Source: a virus
Virus genome (UHGV): UHGV-0059448
Length of the DNA stretch: 29,315 bases
Reading direction: 5' to 3' (one strand)
The translations under genes were made by a program, and so were the position numbers. Positions 1 to 8,609 of this stretch are shown in pieces. Position 1 is the first letter of the stretch. Each line of letters opens with the position of its first letter. The notes beneath the pieces are model-generated. The model saw nothing but the letters and a program-made list of their open reading frames with translations, did no database searches and was not told the origin of the DNA.

Positions 1-201
1 TTATACAGAGTTGAGAGCCCTACTCCATACGTTTTTGATACGCTTTGTCGTGATCCACCGGTTGGCCTCATCGGGTGACATGTCGTGGTTAAGCGCGGCG
101 AGGTTGCGCACGAATGCGCTGGTCCGGACTATCTTGCGGCCAGACGGCTCGCGGGTGATCGACCTGTTGAAAGCTGAGATTTTATCGTCGTAACGCGGCA
201 T
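1..201 (-). CDS. small basic protein (66 aa) immediately downstream of a LexA box; function unknown, candidate SOS-induced regulator
   Basis: ATG at 201..199 with AGGGAGG Shine-Dalgarno about 5 nt upstream; 66 codons to TAA at 3..1. The ORF-track entry 1..264 begins at a TTG; the ATG with the strong SD is preferred. Arg/Lys-rich product not recognised as any named family. Confidence 0.6.
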   Translation of the reverse strand: MPRYDDKISAFNRSITREPSGRKIVRTSAFVRNLAALNHDMSPDEANRWITTKRIKNVWSRALNSV

Positions 202-221
202 GACTCCCTCCCTAAAATCTA

Positions 222-241
222 TACTGTGTATGCATACAGTA
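222..241. promoter_or_regulatory. LexA (SOS) box-like operator
   Basis: TACTGTGTATGCATACAGTA fits the LexA consensus TACTGT-N8-ACAGTA (CTGT at 224..227, ACAG at 236..239); lies in the 108-bp gap between stf stop and the start of the 1..201 gene, about 30 bp upstream of its ATG. Confidence 0.55.
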
Positions 242-309
242 TTTTTAATTCGAAGGGAGATCAATACTGGTTATAACTATCAATCACCAGAACAGGGATT
301 ATTCGCGCA

Positions 310-1578
310 TCAGCTCGGGCTACTGTCAGCACCACCACCTTGTTGTGCGGCTTTCAGTTTCTGGTTGAACACCGAACTTTCTGGCATTTCGAGACGCAGG
401 TCTATCCATCGCCCGGCGGGAATATCCATCGGCTCACCTGCGACGATCATAGCGGTTTCACTGTCAAAGCGACGTTTAAAAACCGACACGATAATGGTTC
501 CGCCCTGAGTGGATTGCGTCTCCACAAAACACAGGGGGTTGCCATTTGAATCCTGTGGGATTTCAATAGTCCAGCCGTCAGCGTGTAGCCCGACAGCGCC
601 ACGTATTTCATATACGCCAGTAGCAATTTTTTCCGCTGTAACGCCTTCCGCCTCCATATTGGTCGCGGCACAGCCAGAAAGTGAAAAATCTTCGAGAAAA
701 CCAGCAGGCATGCCTCTGTGATCATTGGTAAGTCGCACAACAGGTGAGGCTTTTTTTATAAACCCGTTTGCATCAACAGTGGTTGTCAGATTGTCCAGCA
801 ACAGACGGGTTGTTGAAACCCCCGCAGTGCCGTATCCGGACATTACACGGATGCCCCTGGCAAAATAATGCACGCTCATGAGAAACCACGTATCGTTTGC
901 TCCCACCCATAATGTGGGCGCACTTTGTGGAATTTCATAGAATTCACCCGTCATTGGCAATATGTTCTGTAGGGTTGCAAGACTGAATCCCCTCATTTTT
1001 GCCACGACGTTATCAATCACAGATTCACTGGTCGAATTATATTCGGATACAGGAAATCCTTTTTTCAAACCAAGCCCTTCACGTGCGCTGGCCTGGGTAG
1101 TACCGCCAGTACCGCCCTGCTTTACAGACAATGCTGTGGTCAGCCCTTCCAGACTGGTGATGTCTTTATTTACCCCTTTTTTTGCCATGCTGCCAATGGA
1201 GGGGATGCTCATGCTTACACCGTTGATGGTGACCGTGATCATCTGGTTGGCTGTAGTGCTGGCGAACGCCTCCCATGCCCCAATGTTCTCATCGTACTCG
1301 TTAATGAGCTGGGAAATGCTCTGAGCCAGCCCGTCAACCGAGATATTGTCTGATACCAGAATGCCGTACTTCTTGCCGCTCAGCGCCGGTGATGCAGCAG
1401 GCGTTACCGTCATTGACGTGGCGCTATTCACGGATGAAATCTGAAACAGCTGCACCGGGTTAGACATCACGATAATCGTCTGGCCAGCGCGGACCTGGCT
1501 GGCGGGAGCTGTCCAGTTTGTGCCGGAGCCGGTTGCGGTATTTCCGTTAATAGAGATAGTTCCGGTGCTATAAATCAT
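310..1578 (-). CDS. tail fiber protein (side tail fiber-like)
   Basis: 422-aa ORF, ATG at 1578 with AGGAG 5 nt upstream; Gly/Thr/Ser-rich N-terminus (MIYSTGTISINGNTATGSG...) typical of lambdoid tail fiber proteins; position distal to J as for lambda stf. Confidence 0.7.
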   Translation of the reverse strand: MIYSTGTISINGNTATGSGTNWTAPASQVRAGQTIIVMSNPVQLFQISSVNSATSMTVTPAASPALSGKKYGILVSDNISVDGLAQSISQLINEYDENIGAWEAFASTTANQMITVTINGVSMSIPSIGSMAKKGVNKDITSLEGLTTALSVKQGGTGGTTQASAREGLGLKKGFPVSEYNSTSESVIDNVVAKMRGFSLATLQNILPMTGEFYEIPQSAPTLWVGANDTWFLMSVHYFARGIRVMSGYGTAGVSTTRLLLDNLTTTVDANGFIKKASPVVRLTNDHRGMPAGFLEDFSLSGCAATNMEAEGVTAEKIATGVYEIRGAVGLHADGWTIEIPQDSNGNPLCFVETQSTQGGTIIVSVFKRRFDSETAMIVAGEPMDIPAGRWIDLRLEMPESSVFNQKLKAAQQGGGADSSPS

Positions 1579-2083
1579 AACAACTCCTAAATTTAGACAA
1601 CATGAAGCCCGGAGAGGTATATAACCCTCACCAGAAATAATTTCTGAATTGGTTTTTAATACATGTTGGGCAACGCCAGTGTTGGCATAGCTATAGTTGT
1701 ATCAAATGCCATTGACCACCCACCCAAATAATAATTGCCGACTACTTTATTCCTTTCTGCTCTGACATTCCCACCTGTCATTACAATTCCTTTATACCTA
1801 ATATTTCCGTAACCACCAACGTGTCGACAGTTAGCCCCGGTATAAACAATCTGGCAAAATTCATCACCAATATTCAGGTTCGCATTGGCGATATTTATTG
1901 TCCCATCAAAAATGAATGGCTTCGTGCAAGTAAGAAGACGTTTGCGTTGACGATTGGTTTATTCAATCCATCAACTAAAATACCATGTAAACGAATTGCC
2001 ATAACATTTCCCACTTTATTTTACTTACTCAACACAACAAGTATATTAAAATTGAACCTTGTCAACAACACAAAGGAGTCCCA

Positions 2084-2317
2084 ATGAAACTCGCTCTAAT
2101 TATGCTGCCATTATGTCTGTCCCTCACTGCATGTGGTAATGGTTTAAATACCGGTAAACCAAATTCCGGTGTCATTCCAAAACCTTTGGATCGAGATGGT
2201 AACGGTTCTTTAATTTATGATACCGAAAACCTTCCAATGACGGGGCAGTGGTGTCACGAGATTGATCACGAATACCGACGAATCGGTAGCCCTTCTAACT
2301 GTGTTATAGACTACTAA
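2084..2317 (+). CDS. small lipoprotein (77 aa), divergently transcribed moron; possible Cor-like superinfection exclusion protein
   Basis: ATG at 2084 with AAAGGAG SD 5 nt upstream; signal peptide MKLALIMLPLCLSLTAC with lipobox LTAC; opposite strand to all flanking tail genes; AT-rich surroundings; hairpin terminator directly after stop. Confidence 0.7.
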   Translation: MKLALIMLPLCLSLTACGNGLNTGKPNSGVIPKPLDRDGNGSLIYDTENLPMTGQWCHEIDHEYRRIGSPSNCVIDY

Positions 2318-2320
2318 ATA

Positions 2321-2350
2321 TTAACCCCTCAAAAGAGGGGTTAATATTTT
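2321..2350. terminator. bidirectional rho-independent terminator between lipoprotein gene and J
   Basis: Perfect 10-bp inverted repeat TTAACCCCTC-AAAA-GAGGGGTTAA followed by TATTTT on the plus strand and by a T-rich run on the minus strand; sits between the convergent stops of the lipoprotein gene (2317) and J (2349). Confidence 0.7.
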
Positions 2351-5300
2351 AACCTGTGAATGAACCAGATCCGTGTGATACTATGATAGTAGGCGAAGAA
2401 ATTGACGCACCACTGTTATTTTGAGCGGACACTTTAATACGCACTGTTACGTTTGGACCTGTTACAACCGCAGAATGCATGATAAGTCTCTCCATGTCTT
2501 GCACGGATGAACCACTCTCATTGCCGTTAATATTGATTAGTCCTGCACCATTACCTTTAACGTTTGCTATAACACAGACGTGTCTTGCGTGCCCAGAACT
2601 GGATGAATCCGTATAAGTTATTACCTTTTCTAAAAGACCGTCACTAGACCGACTAACGTTAGTTCCGGTGTGCATATTTGCAATGTCCCCGATAAAACTT
2701 TGGGCTTCCACAGTCCCTTTGAATTTACCGCTTGTTGCTTGGATCTCACCAGTAAAGCTACCGCCACTAGCATATACTACACCTCTGACGGTCACATTGT
2801 TGAATTCAGCATCTCCAGCTTTATTCAACTTCCAACCAGCAGAACCAGCTGCATAGTTGTTGGACTGGATATAGTTGCCGATTTTGGCGTTCTCAATGGT
2901 GCCGTCCTGGATGAAGCTGGCCCGGATGAATGTCTGCCCGTTCTGGATCACGAACGGCAAAGCTACGCTATTTCCGGCTGCCGTGGTGACGGCGAAGCGG
3001 TCAGCCAGAAAAATTACCTGTGATTGCATGCCGCCAGGTGTATTTTGTACCCCTATGCCCATACCTGCAGCGTAATACTGGCCGTTAGCGGCAACGCCAA
3101 CTTTGATGTTGTACATCGCGTTTAGGTTGCCGTTTACATCTGCCACCGCCTGCGCCGTCTGGTTGATGGCTGCAGTCTGCCCGTTCACTGTCACCGTCAG
3201 AGAGTTAATCTTCGTGGCGGATGCCTGGGTGAAATCAGCCAGTGTCTCCGTCAGGTCGGTCGCGTTCGAAACATTCCCACCCGCAGACGCATCAAGCGTA
3301 ACCAATGCCCGGGCAACCGCCTGGCTGGTATCGGCAATGGTGGTGTCTATCCGGTCAATTTTTGCGACATTGCCGTTATTGGTGGCAGTCTGGGAACGGC
3401 GGGAAGTCACCTGCGCCAGGCTGTTCTGGATCACGGCAATTGATGAGTTTTTGACACCGCCGGTCATGCCGTCCATCGACACAGAAATCTCGTCGATCTT
3501 CACTTCGGCCTGAGCCAGCCCGTCAGCGTTCTCCAGGATGTCTTTCGCCTGCTGCTCGAGTTCGTCGGCATGGTTTTTAATTTCGTCAGCCATGCCAGCA
3601 ATTTTTTCATTGCTGTCCACCGCGTTCTCGATCAGGTCTTTGAACGTATCGGAGTCTTTAATTTCCTCCAGAATCACATCTGTGATATCGGAAACATCGA
3701 TGCTGGCCTGTCCTCGCACCCATTCTGTGTACCCTGATTCGTTGCCGCTGCGGTCCACCAGCTGCGCGCGGTACCAGAAAATCTGCCCAGCCTTAAGGCC
3801 CATCTGCTGATATTTGCGCTGCGGGTAAGGCACATCGGCCAGCAGCATGGCATCGTCTTCAGTACCGGTCAGGCTGTACTGAATTTCCGTCTTCAGCGTG
3901 TCGTCGGTATTCGCCTGGAATCCCCAGTTCAGCTCGATACCGAACACCACGTTTTCAGAGGCGATAAAGCCAACCGGCTTCGGTGGATTGCCCACTTTAC
4001 CCGTCAGCGTTTTCTCTTCTGAATAGCCCCATCCGGATGAAATTTCTGCGGCATTGATTGCGCGCACCCGCACCAGGTAGCGCCCGGCATAAATCCCCGG
4101 GACGTCGAATGACGTGGTGGAGGTGCGCGGCACGTTAACCCAGTTCCCGTCATTGCGACGCCACTGTGCCTCATACGCGATAGCATTTTTCGCCTGGTCC
4201 CAGCTGACGCGCATGGTCTCAACGCTGATATTCTGCTGAACGACAGAAAACGAACTGATCGCGATATTAGCTGGCGGGGACTGATTACCGGGCGGAATTA
4301 CACTTATTGGCCGCTGGTCGATAATGGCACCGGTATCGATACGCGCATATTTATCCGGATCGTGCAAAGCGCCAGCAATCGAATACGTTCCGTCATTATT
4401 ATCCGTAACGCTGATAACGCGATATTGCTGCGCGTAAAGCTCTTCAGACTCGACAATCCACACCGATTCCACTGCAGGTGTTTCGCTGTATGCCGTTGTC
4501 ACAGTGACGGCCCGCCCGTTTACGCTCTGTATCGTCCTGCTCTGCGATGCGCCGGACGGAAGGTTAACCATCAGACGGCTTCCGGGAGCGGCTGGCGAAT
4601 CACGATCAAGCGTGATAACGCGACCGTTAACCGCGCTGATGCGCCCTCCCATCACTTTTCCGGAAAGCAGCTCATCGGCAACCGCGATGATATAACCAGG
4701 CTGTGGGATCTTACCGTCAAGACCAACATCGAACGACACGATGCGATCCTTGTTATTGGTCAGGATACCCCAACGTCCTTTGCGGTTTGCCTCTGACTGC
4801 CGGGTACAACCAATGGCTGTCATTTCGAGCTGATTTGTGCCAAAGCGAGCAACGAGATCCTGCTCAAATACAGGCTCCATCGCATCCGCGTAGGCATTAC
4901 CCGGATCGGACCAGGAAACCAGTGCCGTGGTATAGCGGGTTTTGGTGGTGCTGCCCGAATAGGTAAAGCGCCCATTAACCACGTTTGCACGCGTGTAGCT
5001 GTAATCCACATCGCGGGGCATATCCGCCAGCGCAACGATTTGATCGCCACCCCAGTACGTCATGCCCCGGAATATCGCCGCAAAATCACGTAACACGGTA
5101 TAGGCGTCATTCCTCTCCTGCACGTACACGTTACAGGTATAGCGAGGCTCAGTGCCGCTACCGCCTTTACCATCAGGAACCGGCTGATCGCAATATTGCG
5201 CGACCTGATAAAGCGTCCATTTATCAATATTGGCCGCCGTCAGGCGATTGCCCAGCCCAAAGCGGTCGCTCACCACCAGATCGTAAAAAATCCAGGCTGG

Positions 5301-6143
5301 ATTATCCGTCCACGCCCACTTAAACGCCCCTGTCCATGTGCCGCTGTAGGTGCGGGTCTCCGGGTCATACGTATCCGGCACGCGGATAACGCGCCCGCGC
5401 GGTTCACAGGAAATTTGCGGGATGGAGCCGTTAAACTGGCTTGAGTCGAATTCGATGTACAGCAGCGCGGTATTTGGATAACGCAGTTTGGCGTCAATAA
5501 CCTCTGTGTAGCTCTGCAGCGTCATCGTGTCGCCAATTTTCGCGCTGTTGGCATCCGCCGTAAGCTTACGCAGGCGCACCGTCCATGTACTGCCTGCCTG
5601 CGGTAAGTCGATACGGTGGCTGCGTTCGTAGCCTGACGTGGTTTTCCCGGTGACGCTGGTATTAAGCACGGTCTGCCAGGTACCGCCATCTGTCTGCAGA
5701 TCGATAGCGTAATTAATCGAATAGCCGACCAGATCGCCGTCGTCCTCCTGTTTAAACAGTGATGGCCATTTGAGGCGCAGACGAATGGCTGACAGCTGGG
5801 TGTTGGTAAAGGTATGCGTCCAGGCCGTAGCGCTTGACACTTCGGTGCCCACGCTGATTTCATTTTCTGTGCCGGGGATACCCTGAATATATTTTTGTGC
5901 CTGAGTCCCCGGACGAAATTCCCACGCCACGCCACTGAAGTTTTGCGATCCGTCTGCATTCTCCAGTGGCGTGCCATCGAGATAGATATCCTTCGCCGTC
6001 AACTGCCCTGCAAATTCGCCCTCTCCCAGTGCAACAAGAATTTTGGCTTTCGCTACGGACTGGAGATCGTCTGGTTGTTCAGTCGGGGTGCGTGAACTGG
6101 AGCTGCCGCCCTTGCGGCCTCTAATCGGAGTAGATGTAGCCAT
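2349..6143 (-). CDS. J: tail tip host specificity protein J
   Basis: 1264-aa ORF, ATG at 6143; blocks such as YPNTAL, YCDQPVPDG, GTEPR recalled from lambda J; last gene of tail operon after I. Confidence 0.95.
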   Translation of the reverse strand: MATSTPIRGRKGGSSSSRTPTEQPDDLQSVAKAKILVALGEGEFAGQLTAKDIYLDGTPLENADGSQNFSGVAWEFRPGTQAQKYIQGIPGTENEISVGTEVSSATAWTHTFTNTQLSAIRLRLKWPSLFKQEDDGDLVGYSINYAIDLQTDGGTWQTVLNTSVTGKTTSGYERSHRIDLPQAGSTWTVRLRKLTADANSAKIGDTMTLQSYTEVIDAKLRYPNTALLYIEFDSSQFNGSIPQISCEPRGRVIRVPDTYDPETRTYSGTWTGAFKWAWTDNPAWIFYDLVVSDRFGLGNRLTAANIDKWTLYQVAQYCDQPVPDGKGGSGTEPRYTCNVYVQERNDAYTVLRDFAAIFRGMTYWGGDQIVALADMPRDVDYSYTRANVVNGRFTYSGSTTKTRYTTALVSWSDPGNAYADAMEPVFEQDLVARFGTNQLEMTAIGCTRQSEANRKGRWGILTNNKDRIVSFDVGLDGKIPQPGYIIAVADELLSGKVMGGRISAVNGRVITLDRDSPAAPGSRLMVNLPSGASQSRTIQSVNGRAVTVTTAYSETPAVESVWIVESEELYAQQYRVISVTDNNDGTYSIAGALHDPDKYARIDTGAIIDQRPISVIPPGNQSPPANIAISSFSVVQQNISVETMRVSWDQAKNAIAYEAQWRRNDGNWVNVPRTSTTSFDVPGIYAGRYLVRVRAINAAEISSGWGYSEEKTLTGKVGNPPKPVGFIASENVVFGIELNWGFQANTDDTLKTEIQYSLTGTEDDAMLLADVPYPQRKYQQMGLKAGQIFWYRAQLVDRSGNESGYTEWVRGQASIDVSDITDVILEEIKDSDTFKDLIENAVDSNEKIAGMADEIKNHADELEQQAKDILENADGLAQAEVKIDEISVSMDGMTGGVKNSSIAVIQNSLAQVTSRRSQTATNNGNVAKIDRIDTTIADTSQAVARALVTLDASAGGNVSNATDLTETLADFTQASATKINSLTVTVNGQTAAINQTAQAVADVNGNLNAMYNIKVGVAANGQYYAAGMGIGVQNTPGGMQSQVIFLADRFAVTTAAGNSVALPFVIQNGQTFIRASFIQDGTIENAKIGNYIQSNNYAAGSAGWKLNKAGDAEFNNVTVRGVVYASGGSFTGEIQATSGKFKGTVEAQSFIGDIANMHTGTNVSRSSDGLLEKVITYTDSSSSGHARHVCVIANVKGNGAGLININGNESGSSVQDMERLIMHSAVVTGPNVTVRIKVSAQNNSGASISSPTIIVSHGSGSFTG

Positions 6144-6154
6144 ATTGCGCCCAT

Positions 6155-6178
6155 AAAAAAGGCCACCCGAAGGTGGCT
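6155..6178 (-). terminator. terminator-like hairpin in the I-J intergenic region
   Basis: Minus-strand RNA forms GCCACC-UUCG-GGUGGC (UUCG tetraloop) followed by C plus UUUUUU, ending 12 nt upstream of the J start codon. Confidence 0.4.
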
Positions 6179-6196
6179 TGTAAAAAGGTTTGTTAA

Positions 6197-6784
6197 CTAC
6201 TGCTGATCTTCGACATAAATTCCGGCAGAAATAATTGCCCCGCCGATTCTCCGGCGGCCGTACAGGAGCGGAACCGGGTAACCCTGTGCGGCGGTATTTG
6301 TGACTCCGCCGAACGCGTATGAGGCGCGGTTATCTGAGCTCTGTTTGCTGGCCAGCCCTGTAGCCTGAGGGGATATCATCTGAACTACCCCCCCCAGCGT
6401 TATGGACGCACCAGCAGCAAACATCATATTGCTGGCAGCTATACTCAGACCTGGCATCCAGATCGATGCAATCACTAATACTGCGCCCAGGATAGTTTGA
6501 ATCAAACCGGCTTTTTTACTCCCGATGATTACCGGGACAATGCGGATAACATCGCCGGTAACCGGGAAACCGAGGTCATCCACACCGATGTTTTTTTTAC
6601 CCTTAAATACGGAGTATGTGAGCCCACGGCGCTGGCTGGAAATCATAAACTGCTCAAAGCCCGGAATAGTCTTTGCTAGCGCCACTCCCGCCTCGCTTAC
6701 ACGGGAAATCAGGCGGTGGTGAATTTTACCGAATGTTTTCCCGAGCACGCCGCCAAGCTCAATCCGGGTCATTACTTCCTGCAT
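6197..6784 (-). CDS. I: tail assembly protein I
   Basis: 195-aa ORF with ATG at 6784 (alternative ATG at 6772 overlapping K stop); hydrophobic Gly/Ala-rich middle and C-terminal LLYGRRRIGG resemble lambda I; position between K and J. Confidence 0.9.
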   Translation of the reverse strand: MQEVMTRIELGGVLGKTFGKIHHRLISRVSEAGVALAKTIPGFEQFMISSQRRGLTYSVFKGKKNIGVDDLGFPVTGDVIRIVPVIIGSKKAGLIQTILGAVLVIASIWMPGLSIAASNMMFAAGASITLGGVVQMISPQATGLASKQSSDNRASYAFGGVTNTAAQGYPVPLLYGRRRIGGAIISAGIYVEDQQ

Positions 6785-7503
6785 GTTTCACCTGCCATTA
6801 CATCTTTATAACGAACGATTTTCATCGTGCGCTCCTGCCAGTATCCGCCATAAGGAACACGTTGACTCAGATGCCCATAAAGATGGTGCAGCAGCATGTT
6901 ACCCTCCAGTAAAATCCCGGCATGATTCCACTTATCGGCCTGCACCTGCATGATGACGAGGTCTCCTTCCTGAGGCGGGCCATCAAACTCCCTGAATCCG
7001 CACTCGTACCAGCACTCCTGATAGAAATTGTCCGGGTAGTCGTTTTCCCACCAGGGATAATCTACCCGGTAATCGTGGAGCTCGATACCGTGGGTCTGCC
7101 GGAAATAGCTCATTACCAGACCCCAGCAATCGAAGTGGCCAAGCACGAACGGGCGCTCCAGCAGCGGCAGTTCCCCGCGCGGCTGAATAGTGCGTAAATC
7201 CCCCTCCGGCCAGCTCACAATATGCCAGGGCAGCAGCGTTGCATCACACTGCGCCTTATCCAGCTCGCTGGCCTGCGTCGTCGCATCAGGATGGCTGTGA
7301 ACAATGGCCACCACCGTCCCCCAGTCTTCTGCCGCTGCGTAATCTTCGGGGGACAGGTGAAAATGTTCAGTCGGCTCTGCTGCGAGATTACGACAGGGAA
7401 AATAGCGCTCAACCCGGCTTTTCTGTGCCACCACGCCGCAGCACTCTCGCGGATATTCCGCTGCAGCGTGTGCCATGATGGCATCAATGGTTTTCTGACG
7501 CAT
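6772..7503 (-). CDS. K: tail assembly protein K (JAB/MPN plus NlpC/P60-like)
   Basis: ORF-track start 7542 is a TTG; ATG at 7503 (MRQKTIDAIMAHA...) matches the recalled lambda K N-terminus and sits 1 nt after the L stop; HSHP metal motif present. Confidence 0.9.
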   Translation of the reverse strand: MRQKTIDAIMAHAAAEYPRECCGVVAQKSRVERYFPCRNLAAEPTEHFHLSPEDYAAAEDWGTVVAIVHSHPDATTQASELDKAQCDATLLPWHIVSWPEGDLRTIQPRGELPLLERPFVLGHFDCWGLVMSYFRQTHGIELHDYRVDYPWWENDYPDNFYQECWYECGFREFDGPPQEGDLVIMQVQADKWNHAGILLEGNMLLHHLYGHLSQRVPYGGYWQERTMKIVRYKDVMAGETCRK

Positions 7504-7504
7504 A

Positions 7505-8260
7505 TCAGCTCCTGATAAGAGATGTACCGGGGAAACCGCCAAACGGCAGCTCGTTGCTGTCTCCGTGCCGGAGCTTGCAGGCCGTCAGCGTGCCGTTGCA
7601 GACATCCAGCGATGGATCGTCAACCGGATTATTGTTTTTGTCGAAATAGCGCGTTCCGGCATAGTCGCAGCCGTCGCCGGTCCGGTACTTGTTCCGGATG
7701 CACCAGCTGCATAACGAATGCAGCTGCCGCGTGGGTATCATCTGGCCCTGTAAATCCATCGGACTGGAAAGCGTAAATTCAACAGATTCATCCGTCTCGG
7801 TGCTTCTGGCATCGATATAAAAGACCTTCAGCTTTTCCTGTGACGGGTCTGCAGTGGGATTGCCCTGCGGAAAATTTCTGGCGTCCAGATACTGTGCCAG
7901 CGTGTCGTGGATACTCACTTTCGCCTGCAGCAGATCGTCATACGCCAGACAGAGCGCTGAGATCGAGCTGTCCAGGTTCGCCACACTCAGTTTTGGCTGT
8001 GGACTGGTACCGTCCGTAGTCGCTTCAATACCCTCAACCTGACACGGCCAGGCTTTATACTCCTCCCCCTGCCACCAGATGGACTTCGCCGGAAGTTTAT
8101 TCTCATCCCCGCCTGCAGCCTCAATCTCTTCCGGGGTATGCGCGATATTATGTGCGTGGAAGCGGAGTACATCTGACATACCGAACGCTGTGCCATCGAC
8201 AGAAAAAAGCCGGACTTCATTGCCCGGCTCGAGTTTTTGATAATCAGCATTAAGACTCAT
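7505..8260 (-). CDS. L: minor tail protein L
   Basis: 251-aa ORF, ATG at 8260 overlapping M stop (ATGA); Cys-rich C-terminus as in lambda L; position between M and K. Confidence 0.95.
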   Translation of the reverse strand: MSLNADYQKLEPGNEVRLFSVDGTAFGMSDVLRFHAHNIAHTPEEIEAAGGDENKLPAKSIWWQGEEYKAWPCQVEGIEATTDGTSPQPKLSVANLDSSISALCLAYDDLLQAKVSIHDTLAQYLDARNFPQGNPTADPSQEKLKVFYIDARSTETDESVEFTLSSPMDLQGQMIPTRQLHSLCSWCIRNKYRTGDGCDYAGTRYFDKNNNPVDDPSLDVCNGTLTACKLRHGDSNELPFGGFPGTSLIRS

Positions 8261-8604
8261 GGTGCAAATGCCTGTTCAAACGTTGCGGTTACGGTTATCA
8301 CTTTTACGTTTTTAACCACCTTTTTGAGCGTGTCAGCCTCGACACGCCACAGCGCGGTATCGCCGAAAGGCGGTGTGAAAATAAACGACTTCACTTTATG
8401 CCGCCGAAGGAAAGCGTGAATTTCATTCGCTGTAGTCGGATCCCCTGAAAAGGAATATTCATAGGTACGAATCTCATCATTCAGGCCGGAGCCGCTCACC
8501 TGTGCGTACCCGTCGCCGAACTGGACCTTCCTGACTGTGTCTTTGCTTCCCTCGGTGGGCTGGCTGGAAACCTTAATGCCCCAGGGGAATGTTTCTATCG
8601 TCAT
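8257..8604 (-). CDS. M: minor tail protein M
   Basis: 115-aa ORF, ATG at 8604; size and position (between H and L) as for lambda M. Confidence 0.9.
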   Translation of the reverse strand: MTIETFPWGIKVSSQPTEGSKDTVRKVQFGDGYAQVSGSGLNDEIRTYEYSFSGDPTTANEIHAFLRRHKVKSFIFTPPFGDTALWRVEADTLKKVVKNVKVITVTATFEQAFAP

Positions 8605-8609
8605 AACTG

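Noticed and set aside
202-264. Upstream extension of the first gene to the ORF-track start at 264
   Set aside because: That start is a TTG lying beyond the LexA box and has no Shine-Dalgarno, whereas the ATG at 201 has AGGGAGG; the 5' extensions of K (TTG at 7542), C (17227), FI (14430), NinB (28382), RusA (27510) and the 243-aa gene (22445) were rejected on the same basis (better ribosome binding site and homolog N-termini at the internal start).
2668-3513. Several plus-strand ORFs (62 to 136 aa) inside the J gene
   Set aside because: Antisense to a strongly supported 1264-aa gene; no initiation signals; typical antisense artefacts in GC-rich coding DNA.
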